In this document: positions 11,945-22,101 of the stretch, one piece after another
Layout: each line of letters starts with the position of its first letter
Numbering within the stretch: the stretch's first letter is position 1
Assembly (NCBI GenBank): GCA_036381055.1
Contig: DASVDO010000008.1
Span: forward strand, 7,177 to 71,176
Length of the DNA stretch: 64,000 nt
Source of the DNA: Burkholderiales bacterium
GTDB lineage: Bacteria; Pseudomonadota; Gammaproteobacteria; Burkholderiales; SG8-39
Reading direction: 5' to 3'
Made by a program: the position numbers and the translations under genes
Notes under the pieces: generated by a model
The model's input: only the letters and a program-made list of their open reading frames with translations
The model's database searches: none
What the model was told of the DNA's origin: nothing

Positions 11945-12297
11945 CCGGCTGGCTGCGCGGCGCGGCGGCCGCCACGCTGGTCGCGCTGATCGCACTCTCG
12001 CTCGCCTGGGAGCTCTGGCTCGCGCCGCTGCGCCCGGGCGGCTCGCTGATGGCGCTCAAGGCGCTGCCGCTCGCGCTGCCCCTGGCCGGCATCCTCGCCG
12101 GGCGGCGCTACACCTACCAGTGGTCGAGCCTGCTGATCCTCGCCTACTTCGCCGAGGGCGCGACGCGCGCCTGGAGCGACGCGGGGTTGTCGCGCCTGCT
12201 CGCCGGGCTGGAGCTCGCGCTGAGCGTCGCGTTCTTCGCCGCGGTCGTCGCCTACGCCCGCCGCACGCGCGGCGTCAGAGCTGGTGCTGCGGATTGA
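11941..12297 (+). CDS. DUF2069 family membrane protein (start uncertain)
   Basis: [35 protein letters not shown] matches my recollection of DUF2069. There is no ATG or GTG near the 5' end. Candidate starts are CTG at 11941 or ATG at 12049. Confidence 0.6.
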   Translation: MTGWLRGAAAATLVALIALSLAWELWLAPLRPGGSLMALKALPLALPLAGILAGRRYTYQWSSLLILAYFAEGATRAWSDAGLSRLLAGLELALSVAFFAAVVAYARRTRGVRAGAAD

Positions 12298-13825
12298 GCC
12301 GCTCGACCTTGCTTTCCAGGCGGTTCAGCGCGCTGATGTAGGCCTTGGCCGCGGCGACCACGATGTCGGTGTCGGCGCCGACCCCGTTGACGATGCGCCC
12401 GCCGCGCGCCAGGCGCACCGTCACTTCGCCCTGCGATTCGGTGCCGGTGGTGACCGCGTTCACCGAGAAGAGCAGCAGCTCGGCGCCGCTTTTGGCGATC
12501 GACTCGATGGCCTTGAAGGTGGCGTCGACCGGGCCGTCGCCCTCGGCCTGCGAGCGCTTCTCGCTGCCGTGCTCCTGCAGCACCACCGAGGCGCGCGGCC
12601 GCTCGCCCATGCCGCTCGACTGGCTCATGGTGACCAGCTGCCACTGCTCGCCGGCCGAGGCGCCCGCCTCCTGCGCGACCAGCGCCTGCAGGTCCTCGTC
12701 GAAGATCTCGGCCTTCTTGTCGGCCAGGTCCTTGAAGCGCTGGAACGCCTTGTTCACCGCGTCCTCGCTGTCGAGCTCGATGCCGAGCTCCTTCAGCCGC
12801 TGCTTGAAGGCGTTGCGGCCCGAGAGCTTGCCGAGCACGATCTTGTTGGTGCTCCAGCCGACGTCCTCGGCGCGCATGATCTCGTAGGTGTCGCGCGCCT
12901 TGAGCACGCCGTCCTGGTGGATGCCCGAGGCGTGCGCGAAGGCGTTGGCGCCGACCACCGCCTTGTTCGGCTGCACCACGAAGCCGGTGATCTGCGACAC
13001 CAGGCGCGAGGTCGGCACGATCTGCGTCGTGTCGATGCCGGTCTCGAGCCCGAAGTAGTCCTTGCGCGTGCGCACCGCCATCACCACTTCCTCGAGCGAG
13101 GTGTTGCCGGCGCGCTCGCCCAGGCCGTTCACCGTGCACTCGATCTGGCGCGCGCCGCCGATCTGCACCGCGGCGAGCGAGTTGGCGACCGCCATGCCGA
13201 GGTCGTTGTGGCAGTGCACGCTCCAGACCGCCTTGTCGGAGTTCGGCACCCGCTCGCGGATGGTGCGGATCAGGCTGCCGAACTGCTCGGGCACCGCGTA
13301 GCCGACCGTGTCCGGGATGTTGATGGTGGTGGCGCCTTCGCGGATCACCGCCTCCAGCACCCGGCACAGGAAGTCCAGGTCGGAGCGGCTGCCGTCCTCG
13401 GGCGAGAACTCGACGTCGGGGCAGTGCTTGCGCGCGAAGCGCACCGAGAGCCGCGCCTGCTCGAGCACCTGCTCGGGCGTCATGCGCAGCTTCTTCTCCA
13501 TGTGCAGCGCGCTGGTGGCGATGAAGGTGTGGATGCGCCACGGGCCCTTCGCCGCCTTCAGCGCGTCGATGCCGCGCTGGATGTCCTTGTCGTTGGCCCG
13601 GCACAGCCCGCACACCACCGAGTCGCGCACCGCGCCGGCGATCGCGCGCACCGCCTCGAAATCGCCGTTCGACGAGGCGGGGAAGCCGGCCTCGATGACG
13701 TCGACGCGCATGCGCTCCAGCGCGCGCGCGATGCGCAGCTTCTCCTCGCGCGTCATCGACGCGCCGGGGCTCTGCTCGCCGTCGCGCATGGTGGTGTCGA
13801 AGATGATCAATCGGTCGTTAGCCAT
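12275..13825 (-). CDS. leuA: 2-isopropylmalate synthase
   Basis: The N-terminus [14 protein letters not shown], the HCHNDLG motif and the C-terminal LeuA dimerisation region are all present. Confidence 0.95.
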   Translation of the reverse strand: MANDRLIIFDTTMRDGEQSPGASMTREEKLRIARALERMRVDVIEAGFPASSNGDFEAVRAIAGAVRDSVVCGLCRANDKDIQRGIDALKAAKGPWRIHTFIATSALHMEKKLRMTPEQVLEQARLSVRFARKHCPDVEFSPEDGSRSDLDFLCRVLEAVIREGATTINIPDTVGYAVPEQFGSLIRTIRERVPNSDKAVWSVHCHNDLGMAVANSLAAVQIGGARQIECTVNGLGERAGNTSLEEVVMAVRTRKDYFGLETGIDTTQIVPTSRLVSQITGFVVQPNKAVVGANAFAHASGIHQDGVLKARDTYEIMRAEDVGWSTNKIVLGKLSGRNAFKQRLKELGIELDSEDAVNKAFQRFKDLADKKAEIFDEDLQALVAQEAGASAGEQWQLVTMSQSSGMGERPRASVVLQEHGSEKRSQAEGDGPVDATFKAIESIAKSGAELLLFSVNAVTTGTESQGEVTVRLARGGRIVNGVGADTDIVVAAAKAYISALNRLESKVERLNPQHQL

Positions 13826-14120
13826 GGAAATGGTCCTTGGACCCCGGGGGTCCCAGTCGCTGCACGGATTGTAGGCAGGAGTATTTAGCGCGCGCGGCGC
13901 AGCAGCAGGCCGCCCAGCGCGAGGAGCGCGGGCGTGAGGGAGGCGAGGCGACGGGCCTGCGGCATGCGGCGACTATAGCCGAACGAAGCGGCGCAGCGCA
14001 AGGCGCAGCGCGGCGCGCAGCCGCGCGAGCAGCCCCGCCGGCGCGTCGGCGGGCGCGGGCGCGGGGCGCGGGTAGCGACGGCCGATGCGGGCGACCTTGC
14101 TGGGCGGCATGGCGCGATCA

Positions 14121-14145
14121 TCCCGCGCGCCGCGGCGGCGCGGGA
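14121..14145 (-). terminator. GC-rich hairpin downstream of pssA (possible terminator, no U-tract)
   Basis: TCCCGCGC (14121-14128) pairs with GCGCGGGA (14138-14145). It lies about 25 nt after the pssA stop. Confidence 0.35.
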
Positions 14146-14169
14146 AGCGGGCTGAACAACTTTGACCTT

Positions 14170-14967
14170 CTATTCCTCGGGCAGGACCGGCCGCACGCGG
14201 TGCCCCATGGCCCACATCGCGTAGCCGGAGAAGGCGTAGGCGAGGAACAGCGCGAACAGCACCAGCGAGGGCCGCGAGGCGACCACCGAGATGCCGATCA
14301 CCAGGGCGAGCACCATCCACAGCGGCACGCGCTTCTTCCAGTTCACCTCCTTGAAGCTCCAGAACGGCACGTTCGACACCATGGTGAAGCCGGCGAACAC
14401 CGCCACCGCCCAGGCGAGCCAGGGCAGCCAGCCGTGCTCCTCGGGCAGCAGGCCGAAGTCGCTGAACGCCCAGACCAGGCCGGTCATCACCGCCGCCCCG
14501 GAGGGGCTCGGCAGGCCCTGGAAATAGCGCTTGTCGACCACCGAGATGTTGGTGTTGAAGCGCGCCAGGCGGATGCCGGCGCCGCCGCAGTAGATGAACG
14601 CGCCGATCCAGCCGAGCGTGCCGAGGTCCTGCAGGGTCCAGGTGTAGGCGATCAGCGCCGGCGCCGCGCCGAACGCCACCATGTCGGCGATCGAGTCGTA
14701 CTGCGCGCCGAACTCGCTCTGCGTGTTGGTCCAGCGCGCCACCCGGCCGTCCATGCCGTCGAGCACCATGGCGACGAAGATCGCCACCGCGGCGGTCTCG
14801 AAGCGGCCGTTCATCGCCTGCACGATGGCGAAGAAGCCGGAGAACAGCACCCCGGTGGTGAACAGGTTGGGCAGCAGGTAGATGCCGCGGCGCCGCAGGC
14901 CTCCCAGCGGCGGCTTGGGCTCCAGCTCGCTCACCTCGAGCTCGGGTTCTTCGGGGCCGTCAGCCAT
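14170..14967 (-). CDS. pssA: CDP-diacylglycerol--serine O-phosphatidyltransferase
   Basis: The CDP-alcohol phosphotransferase motif DGMDGRVAR....[12 protein letters not shown] is present. Trimmed from composite ORF 14170-15504. Confidence 0.9.
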   Translation of the reverse strand: MADGPEEPELEVSELEPKPPLGGLRRRGIYLLPNLFTTGVLFSGFFAIVQAMNGRFETAAVAIFVAMVLDGMDGRVARWTNTQSEFGAQYDSIADMVAFGAAPALIAYTWTLQDLGTLGWIGAFIYCGGAGIRLARFNTNISVVDKRYFQGLPSPSGAAVMTGLVWAFSDFGLLPEEHGWLPWLAWAVAVFAGFTMVSNVPFWSFKEVNWKKRVPLWMVLALVIGISVVASRPSLVLFALFLAYAFSGYAMWAMGHRVRPVLPEE

Positions 14968-15602
14968 GCGAGCACGCTCGTCGCCGCGTACACCTTGTCG
15001 CCGATCGCCGCCTTCACCTCGACGTCCGGCGGCAGGTAGACGTCGACGCGCGAGCCGAAGCGGATGAAGCCGATGCGCTCGCCGCGCTTGAGCTCGGCGC
15101 CCGCCGCAACATAGCACAGGATGCGGCGCGCGATCAGGCCCGCCACCTGCACGCAGACCACGTCGACGCCCTCGGGCGTGCACAGCCACAGCGCGTTGCG
15201 CTCGTTGGCGCTGGAGGCCTTGTCGAGCGCGGCGTTGAGGAAGGCGCCGGGGTAGTACCAGCGCTCGCGCACCACGCCGTCGACCGGCGAGCGGTTCGAG
15301 TGCACGTTGAACACGTTCATGAACACGCTCACCTTGAGCGCGTCGCGCTCGAGCCACGGGTCGCGCGCCTTCGCCACCTCGACGACGCGGCCGTCGGCGG
15401 GCGAGACCACCGCGCGCGGGTCGTCGGGCACCTCGCGCGCCGGGTCGCGGAAGAACTGCACCACGAACAGCAGCGCGAGCCACAGCGGTATCGACCACGC
15501 CCACCCGGCGAGCGCGCCGACCGCCAGCGCGGCCGCCGCGGCGATCGCCACGAACGGCCAGCCCTCGCGGGCGATCAGCGGATGGGGATACGGCGGACGC
15601 AT
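14931..15602 (-). CDS. psd: phosphatidylserine decarboxylase proenzyme (short, Asd-type)
   Basis: [13 protein letters not shown] and the self-cleavage site FGSRVD are present. It overlaps the pssA start by 37 nt. Confidence 0.9.
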   Translation of the reverse strand: MRPPYPHPLIAREGWPFVAIAAAAALAVGALAGWAWSIPLWLALLFVVQFFRDPAREVPDDPRAVVSPADGRVVEVAKARDPWLERDALKVSVFMNVFNVHSNRSPVDGVVRERWYYPGAFLNAALDKASSANERNALWLCTPEGVDVVCVQVAGLIARRILCYVAAGAELKRGERIGFIRFGSRVDVYLPPDVEVKAAIGDKVYAATSVLAWLTAPKNPSSR

Positions 15603-15633
15603 CTAGGAGCGCACTCCGGGACGCAGTCCGATT

Positions 15634-15705
15634 CGTCGTCCCCGCGAGAGCGGGGACCCATTCACGTCTTGCGAAAACTGGGTTCCCGCTTGCCCGGGAA
15701 CGACG
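15634..15705. repeat. 72-bp double-hairpin REP/MITE-like intergenic element, copy 1
   Basis: Sequence reads CGTCGT-CCCCGC-GAGA-GCGGGG-ACCCATTCA...TGGGTTCCCG-CTTGC-CCGGGAACGACG. The termini are inverted (CGTCGT/ACGACG). A second copy lies at 20940-21007. Confidence 0.7.
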
Positions 15706-15730
15706 GTTCGGCGCACCTTGCGATCTTCCC

Positions 15731-16807
<1,077 letters not shown>

Positions 16808-17299
16808 TCAGACCCGCAGGACCCGGCTGCCCCTGCCGATGCCGCTCGTGCCGGTGCGCACCGTCTCGACGATGCTGCCCGGGTCGAGCGCCTGGATGAA
16901 GGCGTCGAGCTTGCGCCCGTCGCCGGTCAGCTCGATGGTGTAGGTGTTGTCCGAGACGTCGATGATGCGGCCGCGGAAGATGTCGGCCATGCGCTTCATG
17001 TCCTCGCGCTCCTTGGCGCCGGCGCGCACCTTGATCAGCATCAGCTCGCGCTCGATGTGCTCGGCCTCCGACAGGTCGATCACCTTCACCACCTCGATCA
17101 GCTTGTTCAGCTGCTTGGTGATCTGCTCGATCACGTCCTCGGAGCCGCTGGTGACGATGGTCATGCGCGACATCGACGCGTCCTCGGTCGGCGCCACGGT
17201 GAGCGACTCGATGTTGTAGCCGCGCGCCGAGAACAGCCCGGCGATGCGCGAGAGCGCTCCCGCCTCGTTCTCGACGAGGATCGAGATGATGTGCCGCAT
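16808..17299 (-). CDS. ilvH: acetolactate synthase small (regulatory) subunit
   Basis: An ACT domain starts at MRHIISILVENEAGALSRIAGLFSARGYNIESLTV. Confidence 0.95.
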   Translation of the reverse strand: MRHIISILVENEAGALSRIAGLFSARGYNIESLTVAPTEDASMSRMTIVTSGSEDVIEQITKQLNKLIEVVKVIDLSEAEHIERELMLIKVRAGAKEREDMKRMADIFRGRIIDVSDNTYTIELTGDGRKLDAFIQALDPGSIVETVRTGTSGIGRGSRVLRV

Positions 17300-17303
17300 C
17301 AGC

Positions 17304-19016
17304 TCACAGCTCTTCGGACAGGATGATCTCGGTGATGCCCTTGCCGCCCGGGATCATCGGATACACGTTCTCTTTCGGGTCGGTGATGAAGTCGAGGAAC
17401 ACCAGCTCGTTGCGGCGCGAGAACGCGTCCTTCAGCGCCGGCTCGACGTCGGCCGGGTTGTCGATCAGCACGCCGCGGTGCCCGTAGGCCTCGGCGAGGC
17501 GCACGAAGTCGGGCAGCGCGTCCATGTACGACTCGGAGTAGCGGTTGCCGTGGAAGAACTCCTGCCACTGGCGCACCATGCCCATGTACTTGTTGTTCAG
17601 GTTCACCACCTTGATCGGCAGCCGGTACTGCTTGCAGGTGGAGAGCTCCTGCAGGCACATCTGGATCGACGACTCGCCGGTCACGCAGGCGACCGTGGCG
17701 CCGGGGTTGGCGAGCTGCACGCCCATCGCCGCCGGCAGGCCGAAGCCCATGGTGCCGAGGCCGCCCGAGTTGATCCAGCGCCGCGGCCGGGCGAACTTGT
17801 AGAACTGCGCCGCCCACATCTGGTGCTGGCCCACGTCGGAGGTGACGAAGGCGTCGCCGCGCGTGACCTCGTAGAGCTTCTCCAGGACGAGCTGCGGCTT
17901 GATGATCTTCGAGCTGCGGTCGTACTTCAGGCAGTTGCGCGCGCGCCAGTCGGCGATCCGCTTCCACCAGCCGTCGATCGGCCGCGGCTTGGCGTCCTTC
18001 AGGAGCTTCAGCAGGTCGTCCAGCACGTCCGGGATGTTGCCGACGATCGGCACGTCCACCCTGACACGCTTGGAGATCGACGACGGGTCGATATCGATGT
18101 GGATGATCTTGCGCGGGTTCTGCGCGAAGTTGGCCGGGTCGCCGATCACCCGGTCGTCGAAGCGCGCGCCGATCGCGAGCAGCACGTCGCAGTGCTGCAT
18201 CGCCATGTTGGCCTCGTAGGTGCCGTGCATGCCCAGCATGCCGAGGAACTGCCGGTCCTCGCCGGGGTAGGCGCCCAGGCCCATCAGCGTGTTGGTGCAG
18301 GGGAAGCCGAGCGACCTGACCAGCTCGACCAGCCGGGAAGACGCGTCCGAGAGCACCACGCCGCCGCCGGTGTAGACGAGCGGGCGCTCGGCCTCGAGCA
18401 GGAGCTGCACCGCCTTGCGGATCTGCCCGGCGTGGCCCTTGCGCACCGGGTTGTACGAGCGCATCGACAGCGTCTCGGGATAGTGGAACTCGCAGACCGC
18501 CTGCGTCACGTCCTTCGGGATATCCACCACGACCGGGCCGGGCCGGCCCGTGGTCGCGATGTGGAACGCCTTCTTGAACGCGCTCGCGAGCTCGCGCACG
18601 TCCTTCACCAGCATGTTGTGCTTCACGATCGGCCGCGTGATGCCCACCGTGTCGCACTCCTGGAACGCGTCCAGGCCGATCGCCTTGGTCGGCACCTGGC
18701 CGGTGATGACGACCAGCGGGATCGAGTCCATGTACGCGGTGGCGATGCCGGTCACCGCGTTGGTGACGCCGGGACCGGAGGTGACCAGCGCGACGCCGAC
18801 CTTGTTCGAGGAGCGCGAATAGCCGTCGGCCGCGTGCACGGCGCCCTGCTCGTGGCGCACCAGCACGTGCTTCACCTTGTCCTGCTTGAAGAGCTCGTCG
18901 TAGATGAAGAGCACCGCGCCGCCCGGATAGCCGAACACGTACTCGACGCCTTCTTCCTGAAGACAGCGAACGACGATCTCTGCGCCCGAGAGCTCCTGCG
19001 TCTTGACCCGGTCCAT
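17304..19016 (-). CDS. ilvI: acetolactate synthase large subunit (ThDP-dependent)
   Basis: LSGAEIVVRCLQEEGVEYVFGYPGG and the ThDP motif GLGTMGFGLPAAMG...NN are present. Confidence 0.95.
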   Translation of the reverse strand: MDRVKTQELSGAEIVVRCLQEEGVEYVFGYPGGAVLFIYDELFKQDKVKHVLVRHEQGAVHAADGYSRSSNKVGVALVTSGPGVTNAVTGIATAYMDSIPLVVITGQVPTKAIGLDAFQECDTVGITRPIVKHNMLVKDVRELASAFKKAFHIATTGRPGPVVVDIPKDVTQAVCEFHYPETLSMRSYNPVRKGHAGQIRKAVQLLLEAERPLVYTGGGVVLSDASSRLVELVRSLGFPCTNTLMGLGAYPGEDRQFLGMLGMHGTYEANMAMQHCDVLLAIGARFDDRVIGDPANFAQNPRKIIHIDIDPSSISKRVRVDVPIVGNIPDVLDDLLKLLKDAKPRPIDGWWKRIADWRARNCLKYDRSSKIIKPQLVLEKLYEVTRGDAFVTSDVGQHQMWAAQFYKFARPRRWINSGGLGTMGFGLPAAMGVQLANPGATVACVTGESSIQMCLQELSTCKQYRLPIKVVNLNNKYMGMVRQWQEFFHGNRYSESYMDALPDFVRLAEAYGHRGVLIDNPADVEPALKDAFSRRNELVFLDFITDPKENVYPMIPGGKGITEIILSEEL

Positions 19017-19051
19017 GGCCGAAAACCCTTAGAAACCATGATGGTAACATC

Positions 19052-19654
19052 GTGCGCAGAACACCGGCCCGGGAGAAGGCGCCTCTGGCATCGCGAAGCG
19101 AGCTCTCGACCTTCCTCGAAGGCGTCGAGCGGCGGGCATTCAAGCAGGCGGTTTTCGCCGTGAAGGACGAGCAGGCGGCGCTCGATCTCGTCCAGGACGC
19201 CATGCTGCGGCTCGCCGAGAAGTACGGGCACCGCCCGGCGGCCGAGCTGCCGCTGCTCTTTCACCGCATCATGCAGAACGCCATCCGCGACTGGTACCGG
19301 CGCCAGAAGGTGCGCACGCTGTGGAGCACGCTGCTCTCCTCGCTCGCCCCCGGCCGCGCCGACGAGGAAGAGCAGGACCCGCTCGAGGCGCTCGAATCGG
19401 CCGACGCCGCGCGCGTCGAGCCGGCGCCCGGCGACCGCTTGCAGCAGGTACAAGTCATTGAAATAATTGAAGAAGAGTTGGCGCGTCTGCCGCCGCGTCA
19501 ACGCGAAGCGTTCCTGATGCGTTATTGGGATGAACTGGACGTTGCGCAGACGGCGAAGGCCATGGGCTGCTCGGAGGGCAGTGTGAAAACGCACTGCTCC
19601 CGGGCCGCTCACGCTTTGGCCGAGGCGCTCAAAGCGCGCGGGGTTACTCTCTAG
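19052..19654 (+). CDS. ECF-type RNA polymerase sigma factor
   Basis: Region 2 reads DLVQDAMLRLAEKY..IRDWYRRQ. Region 4 reads REAFLMRYWDELDVAQTAKAMGCSEGSVKTH. GTG start. Confidence 0.85.
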   Translation: MRRTPAREKAPLASRSELSTFLEGVERRAFKQAVFAVKDEQAALDLVQDAMLRLAEKYGHRPAAELPLLFHRIMQNAIRDWYRRQKVRTLWSTLLSSLAPGRADEEEQDPLEALESADAARVEPAPGDRLQQVQVIEIIEEELARLPPRQREAFLMRYWDELDVAQTAKAMGCSEGSVKTHCSRAAHALAEALKARGVTL

Positions 19655-19677
19655 CCTCGCGCGGGGCCACCGGAGCG

Positions 19678-20061
19678 ATGAACGAAGCGCAATTCGGCAA
19701 CAGGATCCGCCACCTGCTCAACCAGGGGGCGGCGCTCGACCCTGCCCGGCGCGAGCGCCTGCGCGCCGCCCGCGAGCGCGCCCTGGAGCGCCAGCGCGCC
19801 GAGCCGGTGCCGGCCCTGCGCTGGGCGGACAACGTGCTCGGGACGCTCGACGGCTGGCGCGGCGTCTCGACCCGGGTGCTGCTGCCGCTCGCGGCGATCG
19901 TGCTGGCGCTCGCGGGGTTCACCACCTGGCAGGAGAAACGCCAGGTGGCCGAGCTGGTCGAGATCGACGCCGAGCTCCTCACCGACGACCTGCCGATCGA
20001 CGCCTACCTCGACCGCGGCTTCCAGAACTGGCTGAAGAGCCAGGGCCGCGCCCGCGAGTGA
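19678..20061 (+). CDS. DUF3619-like single-pass membrane protein (putative anti-sigma partner)
   Basis: It follows the ECF sigma gene and has one TM helix (VLLPLAAIVLALAGFTTW). The family assignment is from memory. Confidence 0.65.
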   Translation: MNEAQFGNRIRHLLNQGAALDPARRERLRAARERALERQRAEPVPALRWADNVLGTLDGWRGVSTRVLLPLAAIVLALAGFTTWQEKRQVAELVEIDAELLTDDLPIDAYLDRGFQNWLKSQGRARE

Positions 20062-20519
20062 TGCGCCGGCTGCTCGTCGCGCTGCTCGCCGCCTGCCTCG
20101 CCGGCGGCGCGGCGGCCCAGCCGGACAAGCCCCCCGCCAGGAAGCCCGCCGCCGCCAAGCCGGCGAAGAAGCCCGCCGGCGCGCAATGGGCCGAGCTGAC
20201 CGCCGAGCAGCAGCAGGTGCTCGCGCCGCTGCGCAGCGACTGGGAGAACTTCTCGCCGCGCACGCGCCGCAAGTGGATCGGCATCGCCAAGCGCTATCCG
20301 ACGATGAAGCCGGTCGAGCAGCAGCGCATCCAGGCGCGCATGCAGCGCTGGGCGAACCTCAGCCCCGAGCAGCGCGCGCAGGCGCGCGAGAACTACAAGC
20401 GCATGGCCCGGGCCTCGGCCGAGAAGCGGCGCAAGCTGCGCGAGCAGTGGCTCAAGTACCAGGCGTCGCTGCCGCCCGAGCAGCGCCATCCGCTCGCCCC
20501 CGGGGCGCAGCCGCGCTAG
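20058..20519 (+). CDS. DUF3106-like secreted protein
   Basis: A signal peptide is followed by repeated W..L(S/T)PEQR helices. ATGA overlap with the preceding gene. Confidence 0.65.
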   Translation: MMRRLLVALLAACLAGGAAAQPDKPPARKPAAAKPAKKPAGAQWAELTAEQQQVLAPLRSDWENFSPRTRRKWIGIAKRYPTMKPVEQQRIQARMQRWANLSPEQRAQARENYKRMARASAEKRRKLREQWLKYQASLPPEQRHPLAPGAQPR

Positions 20520-20523
20520 CCGG

Positions 20524-20916
20524 GTGACGCCGGGCATCGTGCGGCGCCTCGCCAGCCTGCTGTACGAGGCGCTCACCGCTTTCGCCGTGGCGTTCTTCGC
20601 CGGCGCGCTGTTCCTGGTCTTCACCGGGGCGCGCGACGCGACGCAGGGCATGCTGCGCCACGAGCTGCAGGCGGTGCTCGCCGCCGCGCTCGCCGCCTAC
20701 TACCTCCTCTGCTGGCTGCGCGGCGGACAGACGCTCGCCATGAAGGCCTGGCGCATCCGCCTCACCGGCGTGACGCCGCGCAAGGCCGTGATTCGCCTGC
20801 TGCTCGCGGCGTGCCTGCTGCCCGTGTCGATCGTCTGGGCGCTGTTCGACCGCGACCGGCAGTTCCTGCACGACCGGCTGGCGGGGACGAAGCTCGTCTA
20901 CCTCGGCGAGCGCTGA
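20524..20916 (+). CDS. RDD family membrane protein
   Basis: GQTLAMKAWRIRL...FDRDRQFLHDRLAGT matches the RDD pattern. GTG start. Confidence 0.7.
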   Translation: MTPGIVRRLASLLYEALTAFAVAFFAGALFLVFTGARDATQGMLRHELQAVLAAALAAYYLLCWLRGGQTLAMKAWRIRLTGVTPRKAVIRLLLAACLLPVSIVWALFDRDRQFLHDRLAGTKLVYLGER

Positions 20917-20939
20917 GGGAACGCTCGGGATACAGCATC

Positions 20940-21007
20940 CGTCGTTCCCGCGAAAGCGGGAACCCATTCATTTCTAAAACCTGGACCCCCGCTTTCGCGG
21001 GGCGACG
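20940..21007. repeat. 68-bp double-hairpin REP/MITE-like intergenic element, copy 2
   Basis: Sequence reads CGTCGT-TCCCGC-GAAA-GCGGGA-ACCCATTCA...TGGACCCCCGC-TTTC-GCGGGGCGACG. It lies between the convergent RDD and lptG genes. Confidence 0.7.
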
Positions 21008-21017
21008 AATTCGCCTT

Positions 21018-22100
21018 TTATCTACGCTCCACCCACCACATCATCACCACCGCGGCGGCGAGGAAGGCCGCGCTCGGCAGCGCCGCGGCGGCGAACGGCG
21101 GCCAGTTCTGCAGCAGCCCGACGTGCGCGAACAGGCTGTTCAGCAGGTGGAAGAAGATGCCGAGCATGATGCCCGCGAACACCTTCACCCCGACCATGCC
21201 GGCGCGCGCCTGCATGTAGGCGAAGGGCAGCGCGAGCGCCATCATCACCAGCGCGGCGAGCGGGTAGAACAGCTTCTTCCACAGCGCGATCTCGTAGCGC
21301 TCGGTCTTCTGCCGGTTGCCCGCGAGGTGCTCGGTGTACTTGTGCAGCGCCCAGGCGGACATGCGCTCGGGCTTCATGATCAGCGCGTCGAGCAGGTCGG
21401 GCGACACGGCCGACTGCCACTCCGCGCGCGGCTCGCGCTCGGTGTGCGGCGCGGGGGTGAAGCGGGTGCGCACCACGTCGGAGAGCTCCCAGACGCCCTT
21501 GCCGCGGTACTCGGCGCGCTCGGCGCGGGTGATGCTCTTCAGCCGGTAGTCGCCGTCGAAGTCGAAGATGCGCAGGTCCTCCAGCACGTCGGCCTGGCGC
21601 GCCTCGCGCGCGTTGATGAACGAGCCCTCGTCCTTGAACCACAGCCCCGAGTGCAGGTCCTGGCCGATGGTCTCGGAGAGCGCGCGCATCTTGGTCTTCT
21701 GCGCCGCCTCCTCGCCGGCGGGCGAGATCCACTCGCCGACCACGAAGGTCAGCACCACGAACACCATGCCGATCTTGCCCAGCATCAGCGCGGCGCGCGC
21801 CGGCGACAGGCCCGAGCCGCGCATCACGGTGTACTCGGAGTTGCTGGCGAGGTGCGCCAGCACGTACAGCGTGGCGATCAGCACCACCACCGGCAGCAGC
21901 TCGTAGGCGTGCGCGGGCGCGTTGAGCAGCACGTACAGGAACACCTCGCGCAGCTCGTACGAGCCCTTGCCCAGGTCCTGCAGCTCGCCGATCAGGTCGA
22001 AGAAGGCGAACAGCGCCAGGAAGCCGATCAGCACGAAGCCGGTCGCGGCGAAGATCTGCCGCGCGAAGTAGCGCTCCAGGGTGCGCGGGCGCGGCCTCAT
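21018..22100 (-). CDS. lptG: LPS export ABC transporter permease LptG
   Basis: YjgP/YjgQ family pattern. It sits immediately downstream of lptF and divergent from pepA, as in E. coli. Confidence 0.9.
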   Translation of the reverse strand: MRPRPRTLERYFARQIFAATGFVLIGFLALFAFFDLIGELQDLGKGSYELREVFLYVLLNAPAHAYELLPVVVLIATLYVLAHLASNSEYTVMRGSGLSPARAALMLGKIGMVFVVLTFVVGEWISPAGEEAAQKTKMRALSETIGQDLHSGLWFKDEGSFINAREARQADVLEDLRIFDFDGDYRLKSITRAERAEYRGKGVWELSDVVRTRFTPAPHTEREPRAEWQSAVSPDLLDALIMKPERMSAWALHKYTEHLAGNRQKTERYEIALWKKLFYPLAALVMMALALPFAYMQARAGMVGVKVFAGIMLGIFFHLLNSLFAHVGLLQNWPPFAAAALPSAAFLAAAVVMMWWVERR

Positions 22101-22101
22101 G

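Noticed and set aside
13885-14121. A 78-aa ORF and the overlapping ORF 13973-14320 in the leuA-pssA intergenic region, considered as real proteins.
   Set aside because: Both have Arg/Pro/Ala-rich shadow-like composition and no motifs. Only the last 26 codons are discussed, and those only as a weak leader-peptide candidate.
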